The position numbers and the translations under genes were made by a program. DNA of 64,000 nt from NCBI GenBank assembly GCA_902617025.1, contig CACMVB010000005.1:328-64327 (forward strand), in the 5' to 3' direction. The notes below the pieces were generated by a model. It was not told the origin of the DNA and made no database searches. It saw only the letters and a list, made by a program, of their open reading frames with translations. Every line of letters begins with the position of its first letter. Position 1 is the stretch's first letter. Origin of the DNA: an uncultured Pelagibacteraceae bacterium. GTDB taxonomy: Bacteria; Pseudomonadota; Alphaproteobacteria; Pelagibacterales; Pelagibacteraceae. Positions 9,903-20,031 of the stretch are shown here, one piece after another.

Positions 9903-10540
9903 TTAAATTTTAAATCTTTTGTTAATTTTTTAAATTCGTCTTTCATTAGTCCCCATTTTAAATGGATAGAATTTAGGACTATTTTTTTATCAAGTGATTT
10001 TAATTCATCTGCAATAGGTGACCAATAATATAGTGCTTGACCACTCTCCTTAAATGGATCATTTAAATAGTAGTTTGAAAAATTCACTTTATTTATCCTA
10101 TCTAAAAAATTTTTTTTACCTCTGTCAAAAATTTCATCGCTTAAACCATTTTTTTTCTCATTTTCTAAGATATTTAAAAAGATTTCTTTACAATCATTCT
10201 CTTTTAAGTTTTTTTCTGAAACAAGATAGGAGAAAACGTAAAAAGCACAGTCAGCTAACGCAACCACATAAATATTCCATTTTGCAATATTTATAGATTT
10301 TAGAAAAACTTCATCCTCCATCATAGCAATATACTTAACTCCAATTCTTGTTTTTAAGTAACCGTATAGAGTTGTTTGTGAAACATGAGCAGATCTTTCT
10401 TGAATGAAGTTTTCTAAATCTTTTTTGGATTTTATTCTTTTAAAAAGACCAGATATTTTCCAAATTGGAATTACATACTCCCAAAGGTCAATTAGAGTGG
10501 TTCTAAGAGTGTTTCGCAATTTATCTAGATTCAATTTCAC
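9899..10540 (-). CDS. Hypothetical protein (no family recognised)
   Basis: 213-aa ORF that fills the gap between acs and the symporter operon. Codon and amino-acid usage match the neighbours. Its stop overlaps the acs stop in a TTAA palindrome. I recognise no motif. Confidence 0.4.
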   Translation of the reverse strand: MKLNLDKLRNTLRTTLIDLWEYVIPIWKISGLFKRIKSKKDLENFIQERSAHVSQTTLYGYLKTRIGVKYIAMMEDEVFLKSINIAKWNIYVVALADCAFYVFSYLVSEKNLKENDCKEIFLNILENEKKNGLSDEIFDRGKKNFLDRINKVNFSNYYLNDPFKESGQALYYWSPIADELKSLDKKIVLNSIHLKWGLMKDEFKKLTKDLKFN

Positions 10541-10695
10541 GTTGTATTTAAAAAACCCTTTATTTACTTGTCTTATAGCATTTCAAATTAGTTTTGGGGT
10601 CCTTTTTTCTCTTTAAATTCAACTCATAATCAGTATGCTCCCCAGCAATAAGAGTACTTTTTACGTAAAAAGTTAAAAAATAAATAGGGGGAAAT

Positions 10696-10953
10696 ATGTC
10701 AAATAAAGACGCATATTGGAATAAGACCAAAAACCATATGATAGTAACATTGGTTCTTTGGGCTTTCTTCTCATTAGTGATCTTCATGTTTGGTTCAGAA
10801 CTGAACACGATGTCTTTTCTTGGCTATCCACTAGCATATTACATGACTGCGCAAGGTTCACTTCTTGCCTTTGTGATAATTTTGTTTTGGACTGCAAATA
10901 AACAAGAAAAAATCGACGAAGAGCATGGTTTCTCAGAAAGAGAGGATGACTAA
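10696..10953 (+). CDS. DUF4212 small membrane subunit of sodium:solute symporter
   Basis: 85 aa with two TM helices. It is start/stop-overlapped (TAATG) with the downstream SSS transporter, which is the typical arrangement of the DUF4212 plus VC_2705-type symporter pair. Strong SD (AGGGGG). Confidence 0.75.
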   Translation: MSNKDAYWNKTKNHMIVTLVLWAFFSLVIFMFGSELNTMSFLGYPLAYYMTAQGSLLAFVIILFWTANKQEKIDEEHGFSEREDD

Positions 10954-12809
10954 TGTTTAAAGGAGATTTTATACAAAACCTTCCTAAAATATATGGTACC
11001 TACACTGGTGGCTTTATAGTGTTCATCATTTTGATGGCATTAGCAGAGCAAGCAGGTGTGTCAGCTAAAAACATCGGAGTGATGTTCGTAGCTTTCACGG
11101 TATTGATTTATGCCTTAATCGGTTATTTATCAAGAACCATTCAAGTAGATGCCTACTATGTTGCAGGAAGACAAGTGCCAACCGTGTTTAACGGGATGGC
11201 AACAGCAGCTGACTGGATGTCAGGTGCATCATTCGTAGCTTTAGCGGGTGGAGTTTACTTTGGTGGCTATACTTATATGGCCTTCTTAGTAGGTTGGACA
11301 GGTGGATACGTACTTGTTGCAACTCTAATGGCTCCGTACCTAAGAAAGTTTGGATGTTACACAGTTCCTGATTTTATCGGAACACGATACGGTGGTAATG
11401 CGGTGAGAGCTGCATCAGTATTCGTGCTTTTCATAGCATCATTTACTTACGTAACAGCACAAATTAATGCTACGGGAACAATTGCTTCTAGAGCTCTTGG
11501 AATTCCGTTCGAAGCAGGCGTATGGGTAGGATTAATAAGTATCCTTATCTGTTCAATGCTTGGTGGAATGAGAGCCGTAACTTGGACGCAGGTTGCTCAG
11601 TACATTGTATTAATCATCGCATACTTAATACCAGTATTCTGGATTAGTTCTAACGTAGGTGGAGGAATTTTCCCTCACTTAATGTTAGGTGATGAAGTTG
11701 CAAGACTTGGCGAACTTGAACAACAATTTGGACTAGTTAAAAACAGCGCCGCAGATATGAAAGCAGCTGGGGTACCAGGAGGATTGAAATATATCTCTGG
11801 ATCTCACTCTGGAGTACCTGAAGGTGGAATGGCTGTCTGGAAATACTTATCGTTAGCGATTTGTATGATGGTAGGAACTGCATCGTTACCTCATATCTTA
11901 ATGAGATACTTTACAACTCCTACAGTAAGAGCAGCAAGAAAATCAGTAGCTTGGTCGCTATTCTTTATTTTCTTACTTTACTCTTCAGCGCCTATGTTAG
12001 CGACATTGTCTAAATTAGCATTGATGGATCCAAATCTACCAACTGGAATTATCGGAAAATCTATTTCTGAAGTTCAGTCGATAGAGTGGGTACAAAGATG
12101 GTCTGAAGTTAAACAAGTATTTATCGCAGACTTTAATGGTGACGGAATACTTCAGTTAAACGAATGGTTCATGAGAGGTGACGTTGTAGTATTAGCTACT
12201 CCAGAAGTAGCGGGTCTACCGTTCGTAATCTCAGGTCTAGTGTTTGCTGGTGGTATGGCTGCTGCCATGTCAACTGCTGATGGATTAGTTCTTGCGATTT
12301 CAAATGCGTTATCACACGACATTTACTACAAGATCATAAATCCAAAAGCGGAAACTGCTAAAAGACTATTAGTTGCTCGTACACTTCTAGTAATAATCGG
12401 AGCTGCTGGTGCTTACATAGCCTCTTTCAGGCTAACAAGTATCTTAGGTTCGGTTGCTTGGGCATTCGACTTTGCAATGTCAGGCTTATTCTTCCCACTC
12501 GTACTTGGTGTATGGTGGAAGAGAGCTACTAGAGAAGGTGCAATCGCTGGTATATTGGCGGGAATTATTTCAGGAACAGTTTACTTAACGTGGGTGTTCC
12601 CTAAATTCTCAGTTCCAATTTGGGGCGGTGTAAATACTCCTTTCTTAGGTATTGACCACTTAAGATTTGGTTTAATTGGAGCACCAATTTGTTTAGTTGT
12701 AATGGTAGTAGTCAGTTTAATGACTAAAGAACCAAGTCCAGCTACACAAAAATTAGTAGACGATACAAGAATACCGACAGGTAAGGCTATTCTTGGTAAG
12801 CAACACTAA
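10953..12809 (+). CDS. Sodium:solute symporter family permease (ActP-like, VC_2705 subfamily)
   Basis: 618 aa polytopic protein with SSF features (AADWMSGASF, GGMRAVTWTQV.Q). Paired with DUF4212 and located near acs, so the substrate is probably acetate or another small carboxylate (inference). Confidence 0.88.
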   Translation: MFKGDFIQNLPKIYGTYTGGFIVFIILMALAEQAGVSAKNIGVMFVAFTVLIYALIGYLSRTIQVDAYYVAGRQVPTVFNGMATAADWMSGASFVALAGGVYFGGYTYMAFLVGWTGGYVLVATLMAPYLRKFGCYTVPDFIGTRYGGNAVRAASVFVLFIASFTYVTAQINATGTIASRALGIPFEAGVWVGLISILICSMLGGMRAVTWTQVAQYIVLIIAYLIPVFWISSNVGGGIFPHLMLGDEVARLGELEQQFGLVKNSAADMKAAGVPGGLKYISGSHSGVPEGGMAVWKYLSLAICMMVGTASLPHILMRYFTTPTVRAARKSVAWSLFFIFLLYSSAPMLATLSKLALMDPNLPTGIIGKSISEVQSIEWVQRWSEVKQVFIADFNGDGILQLNEWFMRGDVVVLATPEVAGLPFVISGLVFAGGMAAAMSTADGLVLAISNALSHDIYYKIINPKAETAKRLLVARTLLVIIGAAGAYIASFRLTSILGSVAWAFDFAMSGLFFPLVLGVWWKRATREGAIAGILAGIISGTVYLTWVFPKFSVPIWGGVNTPFLGIDHLRFGLIGAPICLVVMVVVSLMTKEPSPATQKLVDDTRIPTGKAILGKQH

Positions 12810-12832
12810 TTAACAATTATTTAAAATTAAAA

Positions 12833-12860
12833 GGGGCGATTTATTCGCCCCTTTTTTTTT
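12833..12860 (+). terminator. Rho-independent terminator after the symporter operon
   Basis: GGGGCGA (12833-12839), loop TTTAT, TCGCCCC (12845-12851), followed by T9 (12852-12860). Confidence 0.75.
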
Positions 12861-12885
12861 ACCTAAATCATGATATTTTAAAAAT

Positions 12886-13221
12886 ATGATACCAACTTGG
12901 GCAATAGTATTAGATTATATATTGGGTACCATTATGTGGACTCTAATCGGTCGTGCTTTTATGAATATTTTTCAAAGGGAAGACTCAACTTTTTTTTTCA
13001 TGAGAGTCTTTGTAAAATATACAAATCCAATTATTAATTTGTTTAAGTTTATAACTCCTAGTTTTCTTTTTGGACCATTTATAGCCCTATATGTAGCTTG
13101 GTTCTTCTATCTCTTCAGGTTCTACGCAATGCCATACATACTTGGATATGATGTGTGGGGGATGCTTGCTTTTCCATTAGAAAGCGATTTTTCAAGACAA
13201 TTATATCAACTGTTTAATTAA
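12886..13221 (+). CDS. YggT-like membrane protein
   Basis: 111 aa, hydrophobic. VFVKYTNPIINLFKFITP parallels the YggT motif (V.KVT.P...P.RR.IP). Second YggT-type gene in the window. Confidence 0.5.
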   Translation: MIPTWAIVLDYILGTIMWTLIGRAFMNIFQREDSTFFFMRVFVKYTNPIINLFKFITPSFLFGPFIALYVAWFFYLFRFYAMPYILGYDVWGMLAFPLESDFSRQLYQLFN

Positions 13222-13264
13222 GCTTATTTTTTGACAAAGTTTAGTATTAAAATATAAGTAAAGA

Positions 13265-13927
13265 ATGACTGATACTATCAAAATTTCACCATCTATATTA
13301 TCTGCAGATTTTAGTAAATTAGGTAGTGAAGTGATCTCACTGGAAAAAGCTGGGGCAGATTATATTCATATTGATGTTATGGATGGACATTTCGTCCCAA
13401 ATTTGACTATAGGTCCTGAAGTAATAAAGAAACTTAGACCGCTTACTAAAAAAATATTTGATGTACACTTAATGATATCGCCAGTAAATAATTTTATCAA
13501 AGACTTTGCCAATGCTGGAGCTGATATTATTACTTTTCACCCAGAGGCTACCGAAGATACTGCAAAAACAATTGATCTTATAAAAAAAGAAGGTAAAAAA
13601 GTAGGAATTTCACTTAAACCAAAGTCTAAAATAGATTTAGTAGAAAAATATCTAAGTGACATTGATTTAGTTCTAATCATGAGTGTTGAGCCAGGATTTG
13701 GCGGCCAAAAATTTATGCCTGAAGTTTTAGAAAAAACTAAGAAGCTAAAAGCAATTATTAAAAATAAAAAACTAGACGTAGATATTGAAATTGATGGAGG
13801 TATCAATTTTGAAAATTGTACTTTAGCCAAACAGGCTGGAGCTAATATACTTGTTTCAGGATCAACAATCTTTAAAGAAAATAAAGGCGATTTAAAAAAA
13901 AATATAGAAATTCTTAGAAAAAATTAA
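13265..13927 (+). CDS. rpe: Ribulose-phosphate 3-epimerase
   Basis: SPSILSADF, HIDVMDGHFVPN.T.G, H.M, MSV.PGFGGQ.F and DGG motifs. Confidence 0.93.
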   Translation: MTDTIKISPSILSADFSKLGSEVISLEKAGADYIHIDVMDGHFVPNLTIGPEVIKKLRPLTKKIFDVHLMISPVNNFIKDFANAGADIITFHPEATEDTAKTIDLIKKEGKKVGISLKPKSKIDLVEKYLSDIDLVLIMSVEPGFGGQKFMPEVLEKTKKLKAIIKNKKLDVDIEIDGGINFENCTLAKQAGANILVSGSTIFKENKGDLKKNIEILRKN

Positions 13928-15574
13928 TTGATGTTCGGCTTAAAAGGTGCCTATTTTTATTTGATTGCTCTTCAAGTAACTTTTATTAAGTTTTTTAAAA
14001 AAGTGTATTTTTCATCAAACCGTTATAATAATTCTCTCAAATCTAAAATTCCAACACAAGTTTTCTTTAATCCTAATCCTTTTTTGCTATCTATAATTTC
14101 GCCATATAAAAAGAGCTCTTTTAAAATTAATGACATTAATCCAAATGATTTTTGGTTAGAGAATAAAAAAGATAAAATTATAAAACATCACAGTTTTTTA
14201 TGGTTAAGTCTTTTAGACAGGAAAATTGATGGAAAAAATATTCAGAGAATTATTTACCTTTGGACTTTAAAATATTCAAATTTCAAAAATAAAATTTGGG
14301 AAAATTCTATTTTGAGCTCAAGAGTAATTAGCTGGATGCTTAACATAGATATCATAATTAATAATGGAACATTCGATTTTAAAAAAAAAGTATTTCAAAA
14401 TATTATTTATCAATGCAATCATTTAAGAAAAAATATTAAATATGAAAAAGATCCGGTGAAAAGGATACAAGTGCTTACCGCATTGATATTATCAGGTATC
14501 GTATTTAAAGAGTACAAATCTAATTACGAGGAAGGGATTAGAGAACTAGAAAAATTTGTTAAACGTTATTTTGATAGTAATGGCTTTCCGTTTACAAGAA
14601 ATCCAAACGATTTAATTTTTTTTACCCAATACCTCTTACTGTGTCACGAGAATATTAATGAGGCTCAAGAATTCGTGCCCGAATTTTTAAGTGAAATTAT
14701 ACAAAAGAATTTATTATGTATAAAGTTTTTCAAAACACCGGATGATAAACTGCCCCTTTTCAATGGTGGTTCTGAAAATAATATTAATCATTTTGAAAAA
14801 TACTTGGAAAAATTGAAACTAAGTAAGAAAAATAAAAAAAATACTGTAGGTGGAATTTTTTTTGCAAAAACAAAAAATCAAGTTCTATATTTTGACGTTG
14901 GGTCGCCTCCAGAAAAAAATTTTTCAAGAAATTATCAATCTGGGCCCTTGTCTTTTGAGTATTATTTAGATGGGATCAAAATAATTTCGAACTCAGGTTT
15001 TGGAAATAATATTTCAACTAAAGCAGAATTAATAAGTAGATTGACAGCTAGTCAGTCCACGTTGACTATAAATGACACTAGTATTACTAAATTTGAAAGA
15101 AACAAATTAATAAATAGGGTTTTTGGAAACTCCATTAAAAGTACATTTAAAGTACAAGAGCATGAATTTATAAACGATAAAAGTCTTATTGGTTGTTCTG
15201 TTTCACATAATGGATATGAAAAAAATTTTAGTTGCACGCACAAAAGAGAGATTTATTTAGATCATAAGAGCAATTTTTTAAAAGGAACTGACCATATCTT
15301 AAAAAAAAGTGACGGGATACCTATTAGATATGTTTTTAGATTTTATCTAAATCCAGAATTAGCAGCTGTAAAAACAATGAGTGGGAACAGCGCTTTAATA
15401 CAAATATCTAAAAACAAATCCTTAATTTTTACTGTAAATAATGAGAGTATTAATATTGAAAAAAGCATATATCTTGGAGGGAAAAAAATATTAGATAGCA
15501 CTTGTATAACTATTTCTGGTAATTTAGTTAATAAAAATAAATCTTTTAATTGGGAAATTAAGAAAAAAATTTAG
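13928..15574 (+). CDS. Heparinase II/III-like family protein
   Basis: 548 aa. Its position between rpe and purH matches the conserved alphaproteobacterial heparinase II/III-like gene, and it has W-rich N-terminal repeats (RVISWMLN). The start may be TTG 13928 or ATG 13931. Family call rests on synteny and recall. Confidence 0.55.
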   Translation: MMFGLKGAYFYLIALQVTFIKFFKKVYFSSNRYNNSLKSKIPTQVFFNPNPFLLSIISPYKKSSFKINDINPNDFWLENKKDKIIKHHSFLWLSLLDRKIDGKNIQRIIYLWTLKYSNFKNKIWENSILSSRVISWMLNIDIIINNGTFDFKKKVFQNIIYQCNHLRKNIKYEKDPVKRIQVLTALILSGIVFKEYKSNYEEGIRELEKFVKRYFDSNGFPFTRNPNDLIFFTQYLLLCHENINEAQEFVPEFLSEIIQKNLLCIKFFKTPDDKLPLFNGGSENNINHFEKYLEKLKLSKKNKKNTVGGIFFAKTKNQVLYFDVGSPPEKNFSRNYQSGPLSFEYYLDGIKIISNSGFGNNISTKAELISRLTASQSTLTINDTSITKFERNKLINRVFGNSIKSTFKVQEHEFINDKSLIGCSVSHNGYEKNFSCTHKREIYLDHKSNFLKGTDHILKKSDGIPIRYVFRFYLNPELAAVKTMSGNSALIQISKNKSLIFTVNNESINIEKSIYLGGKKILDSTCITISGNLVNKNKSFNWEIKKKI

Positions 15575-15576
15575 AA

Positions 15577-17127
15577 ATGAATCATAAAATTAAAAACGCT
15601 TTAATTTCTGTTTCAGATAAAGAAAATATTAGTTCTATATTAAGAATATTTAAAAAATATAATATAAAAATTATTAGTTCAGGCGGCACTTTTAGAGCGA
15701 TAAAGAAATTGGGTTATGATTGCACTGAAATATCTAAATACACAGGGTTTAAAGAAATGCTCGATGGAAGAGTAAAAACATTACATCCAAAAATTCACGC
15801 TGGAATATTACATGATAGACAAAATAAAATTCATAAACATGAAATGAACAAGCAAAGATTTCCTTCATTAGATCTAATTGTAGTAAATTTTTATCCCTTT
15901 CAAAAAGTAGTAAGACACTCTAAAAATTTTAAAAATATAATTGAAAATATTGACATTGGGGGTCCTACAATGGTTAGGGCAGCAGCAAAAAACTTTAGAA
16001 ATGTAGCAATAATTACAAATAGAAATGATTATCAATCATTAATTAGAGAGATAGAAAAAAATAAAGGTGGAACAAGTCTAAAATTTAGAGAATTAATGTC
16101 CTCAAAAGCTTTTGGCTTAACTGCTTATTACGACTCTATGATAGCTAATTGGTTTAACAACAAATTAGATATTAAGTTTCCGGAAAGAAAGACCTTATTT
16201 GGAAGAAAATTAAAGGAGCTGAGATATGGAGAAAATCCACACCAAAAAAGTTCTATCTACGTAAATGATTATAATGATCGTGAGTTAGGGTTTACACAAC
16301 TAAGTGGAAAAGAATTAAGCTATAATAATTACAATGATATATTTGCTTCGCTGGATTTGCTAAAATCAATTAAAGGAAAGTTTGGTACAGTTGTTATAAA
16401 ACATGCCAATCCATGTGGAGTTTCTCAAAATAAAGATCCAATTATCTCTTTTAATAATGCGTATGCATGCGATCCAATAAGTGCATTTGGAGGTGTAATT
16501 GCATGTAATTACAAGATAAATAAAAAAATCGCTTTAGGAATTACTAAAAACTTTCTTGAAGTGATACTTGCTGAAGGCTTTGATACAGAAGCTTTGAAAA
16601 TATTAAAGAGAAAAAAAAACTTAAGAATACTAGATATATCTAAATTTAAAGAAAAAAAAGTTCCTAAAATTAAGACTTTTGACGGATCGTTTATAATTCA
16701 AAATAAAGATGAAATGATTTTAGATAAAAAAAAATTAAAATGCGTGACTAAGCTTAAACCAAGTAAAAAAGATTTAGATGAGATAAAATTTGCTTTTAAT
16801 GTTTGTAAATACGTAAAATCAAACGCAATTGTACTTAGTAATAATTTTTCTACAATCGGTATTGGTGGTGGGCAACCAAGTAGACTTGATAGCTGTAAAA
16901 TAGCAATACAGAAAGCAAAACAATTTCAATCAAAAAAGATAAAGAGCTGTGTGGCAGCGTCAGATGCTTTTTTTCCATTTCCTGATGGGATAAAAATTTT
17001 GATAAAAGCAGGTGTGAAGATTATTGTTCAACCTGGAGGTTCTATCAAAGATAAAGAAATAATTAATGCAGCAAACAAAGCAAAAATAAAAATGCTTTTC
17101 ACAGGTATCAGGCACTTTAATCATTAA
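15577..17127 (+). CDS. purH: Bifunctional AICAR transformylase / IMP cyclohydrolase
   Basis: ALISVSDK, GRVKTLHPKIH.GIL, DIGGP.M.RAAAKN, KH.NPCG and QPGGS..D motifs. Confidence 0.95.
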   Translation: MNHKIKNALISVSDKENISSILRIFKKYNIKIISSGGTFRAIKKLGYDCTEISKYTGFKEMLDGRVKTLHPKIHAGILHDRQNKIHKHEMNKQRFPSLDLIVVNFYPFQKVVRHSKNFKNIIENIDIGGPTMVRAAAKNFRNVAIITNRNDYQSLIREIEKNKGGTSLKFRELMSSKAFGLTAYYDSMIANWFNNKLDIKFPERKTLFGRKLKELRYGENPHQKSSIYVNDYNDRELGFTQLSGKELSYNNYNDIFASLDLLKSIKGKFGTVVIKHANPCGVSQNKDPIISFNNAYACDPISAFGGVIACNYKINKKIALGITKNFLEVILAEGFDTEALKILKRKKNLRILDISKFKEKKVPKIKTFDGSFIIQNKDEMILDKKKLKCVTKLKPSKKDLDEIKFAFNVCKYVKSNAIVLSNNFSTIGIGGGQPSRLDSCKIAIQKAKQFQSKKIKSCVAASDAFFPFPDGIKILIKAGVKIIVQPGGSIKDKEIINAANKAKIKMLFTGIRHFNH

Positions 17128-17463
17128 TTAAATCTTATCTATCTTTGCGGCCAAGATAAAATCACTTTCAGCCAATCCTTTTATAGCATGTGTAAATATT
17201 TTTACTCTGCAATACCCCCATCCAAACGATATGTCAGGATGATGATTTTCTTTTTCAGCAACATCCCCAACTTTGTTAACAAATTTTTGACTTTCTTTGA
17301 AATTTTTAAATGAAAATTCCTTAATTAAATAATAATTTTCATCTTTATCGTTTTTTACATCCCAGCCATCAACTTTTTTCAAATATTTGTGGATCTCACT
17401 TTTATCAAAAGGAGGAATATTTCCCTCACAAGGAATACATTTTTTATCTGCTAAATCGCTCAT
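17128..17463 (-). CDS. Pterin-4-alpha-carbinolamine dehydratase (PCD/DCoH family)
   Basis: 111 aa with C.PC near the N-terminus and the diagnostic E...HHPD...W....V...TH motif. Confidence 0.85.
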   Translation of the reverse strand: MSDLADKKCIPCEGNIPPFDKSEIHKYLKKVDGWDVKNDKDENYYLIKEFSFKNFKESQKFVNKVGDVAEKENHHPDISFGWGYCRVKIFTHAIKGLAESDFILAAKIDKI

Positions 17464-17468
17464 TTAAA

Positions 17469-17543
17469 TGGAGCGGGCAAAGGGACTTGAACCCTCGACC
17501 TTCTCGTTGGCAACGAGACGCTCTACCACTGAGCTATGCCCGC
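17469..17543 (-). tRNA. tRNA-Gly (anticodon GCC)
   Basis: The reverse complement reads GCGGGCATAGCTCAGTGGTAGAGCGTCTCGTTGCCAACGAGAAGGTCGAGGGTTCAAGTCCCTTTGCCCGCTCCA. It has a 7-bp acceptor stem, anticodon stem TCTCG/CGAGA with loop TTGCCAA, a GTTCAAGTC T-loop and an encoded CCA. Confidence 0.9.
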
Positions 17544-17636
17544 TTGTTACAACAATTATAGTACACCGTCGCTGTGATGGTCAACCATAATAAAATGTCG
17601 CTATCGATAGTTGAAAAATTTTACTATAATAACAGG

Positions 17637-18254
17637 ATGAAAAATTTTCCTATCATCATTCCTATTTTTCCTTTGAGTGGTGTGATTTATTTTCCAAAAA
17701 CAAACCTTCCGTTAAATATTTTTGAGGAAAGATACTTAAGTTTAGTAAACGATACTTATAAAAAAGATAAACTCATGGGCATGGTACAATCGCAAAGAAC
17801 TAGTAACAAGATTTATAATGTTGGTTGTTTAGGCAAGATCAGCGATCTTCAAAAAAGCGAGGACGGTAGAATTTTAATAAATCTTACTGGCATTACGAGA
17901 TTTAAAATCTTGCATGAGGTTGAAAATAAAAAATTATACCGCGAATTTAAAGTAGATTATAAAGGTTACGAGTTAGACTTAAAAAAAACTGCAGATAACT
18001 ACAGTACCGAAAGCCTTATGGATAAAGCAAAAATTTTTTTCAAGAGAAATGGTTTGCTTTTAAATTGGAAAGAATTTGAAAAATTAGATGAGGTACAAAA
18101 AATTAACACTTTATCTATGATCTCACCTGTTACCAATGAGGAAAAGCAAAAACTTCTAGAGTCTCTTACTAATAAAGATAAGATAGACACTCTAGAAAAT
18201 ATTATTAGCTTTTACTTGCACGAAACAAATTATAATAACAAAACCGTTCAATAA
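17637..18254 (+). CDS. LON N-terminal (substrate-binding) domain protein
   Basis: IPIFPLSGVIYFP...LPLNIFE.RY is the Lon N-domain start. The ORF is open from GTG 17574, but ATG 17637 has an AGGA just upstream and gives the usual N-terminus. Confidence 0.7.
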   Translation: MKNFPIIIPIFPLSGVIYFPKTNLPLNIFEERYLSLVNDTYKKDKLMGMVQSQRTSNKIYNVGCLGKISDLQKSEDGRILINLTGITRFKILHEVENKKLYREFKVDYKGYELDLKKTADNYSTESLMDKAKIFFKRNGLLLNWKEFEKLDEVQKINTLSMISPVTNEEKQKLLESLTNKDKIDTLENIISFYLHETNYNNKTVQ

Positions 18255-18255
18255 G

Positions 18256-19530
18256 TTAATTAGCAGATTTATTCATTGAGTCAAAAAAATCTGAGTTGTT
18301 TTTCGTATTTTTAAGTTTAGAAATTAAAAACTCAATTCCATCCATTGTCCCCATTGGGCTTATAATTCTTCTTAGGACATTCATTTTTGATAATTCATCT
18401 TTAGCAAAAAGTAATTCTTCTCTTCTTGTGCCAGATCTAGTGATGTCAAGAGCAGGGTAAATTCTCTTATCTGCTACTTTTCTATCTAGAATTAATTCAG
18501 AGTTTCCTGTTCCTTTAAACTCCTCAAAAATCACTTCATCCATTCTGCTTCCCGTATCAATTAATGCTGTTGAGATAATTGTGAGTGAACCGCCCTCCTC
18601 GACGTTTCTAGCCGCTCCAAAAAATCTTTTGGGTCTTTGGAGTGCGTTAGCATCCACACCACCGGTAAGAACTTTGCCTGAGCTTGGAATGACAGCATTA
18701 TATGCTCTGCCTAGTCTAGTAATAGAGTCTAGAAGAATTACAACATCTTTTTTGTGCTCAACTAGTCTTTTAGCTTTTTCAATCACCATCTCTGCTACTG
18801 CTACGTGTCTAGAGGCAGGTTCGTCAAATGTTGAAGCGACCACTTCACCTTTCACAGATCTTTGCATATCTGTAACTTCCTCTGGTCTCTCATCTATTAA
18901 AAGTACCATTAAATAGCACTCGGGATGGTTTGCGGTAATCGACTGAGCAATATTTTGAAGTATAATAGTTTTTCCTGCTCTTGGTGGCGATACTATTAAA
19001 GACCTTTGCCCCTTTCCAATCGGACTTACGAGATCAATCAACCTAGCGGTATTATCTGGTTTTTTTTCTACCTTAGTTGTTTCGACCTCTAATTTAATTC
19101 GCTCGTTAGGATAAAGAGGAGTAAGGTTATCAAAAGCAATTTTATTTTTGCCTTTATCTGGCTCATCAAAGTTAATCTTGTTTACTTTTAATAAAGCGAA
19201 ATATCTTTCAGCGTCTTTTGGGCCTCTAATTTCTCCTTCTACCGAGTCGCCTGTTCGCAAACCAAATTTTCGAATTTGGCTAGGACTTACATAAATATCG
19301 TCTGGTCCTGGTAGATAATTAGACTCAATTGCTCTCAGAAATCCAAAGCCATCTTGTAATACCTCTAGCACTCCGGTAGCTGTTATTTGCTCATTTTTTT
19401 CAGCTAGCTTTTTAAGTATTGCAAATAAAATCTCTTGTTTCCTTAATGTGCTTGGGTTTTCTATACCTAATTTTTCAGCTTCATTAATAAGCTCTGCAGG
19501 ATTTTTTTGCTTTAATTCTTGTAAGTTCAT
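18256..19530 (-). CDS. rho: Transcription termination factor Rho
   Basis: N-terminal MNLQELK...L...A, RNA-binding GFGFLR, Walker A PPRAGKT and [10 protein letters not shown], over 424 aa. Confidence 0.96.
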   Translation of the reverse strand: MNLQELKQKNPAELINEAEKLGIENPSTLRKQEILFAILKKLAEKNEQITATGVLEVLQDGFGFLRAIESNYLPGPDDIYVSPSQIRKFGLRTGDSVEGEIRGPKDAERYFALLKVNKINFDEPDKGKNKIAFDNLTPLYPNERIKLEVETTKVEKKPDNTARLIDLVSPIGKGQRSLIVSPPRAGKTIILQNIAQSITANHPECYLMVLLIDERPEEVTDMQRSVKGEVVASTFDEPASRHVAVAEMVIEKAKRLVEHKKDVVILLDSITRLGRAYNAVIPSSGKVLTGGVDANALQRPKRFFGAARNVEEGGSLTIISTALIDTGSRMDEVIFEEFKGTGNSELILDRKVADKRIYPALDITRSGTRREELLFAKDELSKMNVLRRIISPMGTMDGIEFLISKLKNTKNNSDFFDSMNKSAN

Positions 19531-19598
19531 GTGATTGTAATTTTATTAAAGGAAAGTATTAAAAATATAGGTCTTTTTTTAAAAAATTCAACCCCTAA

Positions 19599-20030
19599 TT
19601 ATATTGGTTTAAATATTGCAACAAATATAACAACAATTAGTATAATTGTTGGTATTTCATTATATATTCTAAAAAATTTAGACGATTTCTGGTTGTTATC
19701 AGAAGCAAAATCACTCAGATATTTTCCTAAAGTAAAATGATAATAAGTTAAGAGTATAACTGCAATAGTTTTAATTTGCATCCAAAGTTCACTAAATATT
19801 GAAAAACCTAGGCTGTGAAGCAACAACACACCAAAAAGCCAAGATAACAACATTGCAGGCATCATTATGAAGTTATAAAGCTTTCTTTCCATAATTTTAA
19901 AAACTTTTTTTTGCGAGTCATGATCAGCCTCGCTGTGATAAACGAATATTCTAGGCAAGTATAACAGGCCGGCCATCCATGAGATGACAGCTATTAAATG
20001 AAGTGATTTATAAAGTAAGTAGAAATTCAT
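19599..20030 (-). CDS. hemJ: Protoporphyrinogen IX oxidase, HemJ type (UPF0093)
   Basis: Four TM helices. The start ...YKSLHLIAVISWMAGLLYLPR.FVYH is the HemJ signature. I place the start at ATG 20030 (Met-11 of the tracked ORF), one nt after the hemH stop, rather than 20060, which would overlap hemH. Confidence 0.72.
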   Translation of the reverse strand: MNFYLLYKSLHLIAVISWMAGLLYLPRIFVYHSEADHDSQKKVFKIMERKLYNFIMMPAMLLSWLFGVLLLHSLGFSIFSELWMQIKTIAVILLTYYHFTLGKYLSDFASDNNQKSSKFFRIYNEIPTIILIVVIFVAIFKPI

Positions 20031-20031
20031 T

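Noticed and set aside
10541-10695. Riboswitch or small RNA in the 155-bp spacer upstream of the DUF4212/symporter operon
   Set aside because: I could not fold a convincing conserved structure or recognise any known riboswitch core. It is most simply a promoter plus 5'-UTR. The overlapping tracked ORFs (10404-10616, 10560-10808) look like noise.
15199-15206. Third parS candidate (TGTTTCAC) inside the heparinase-like gene
   Set aside because: Only the left half-site is present (TGTTTCACATAATGGA). It lacks the palindromic right arm.
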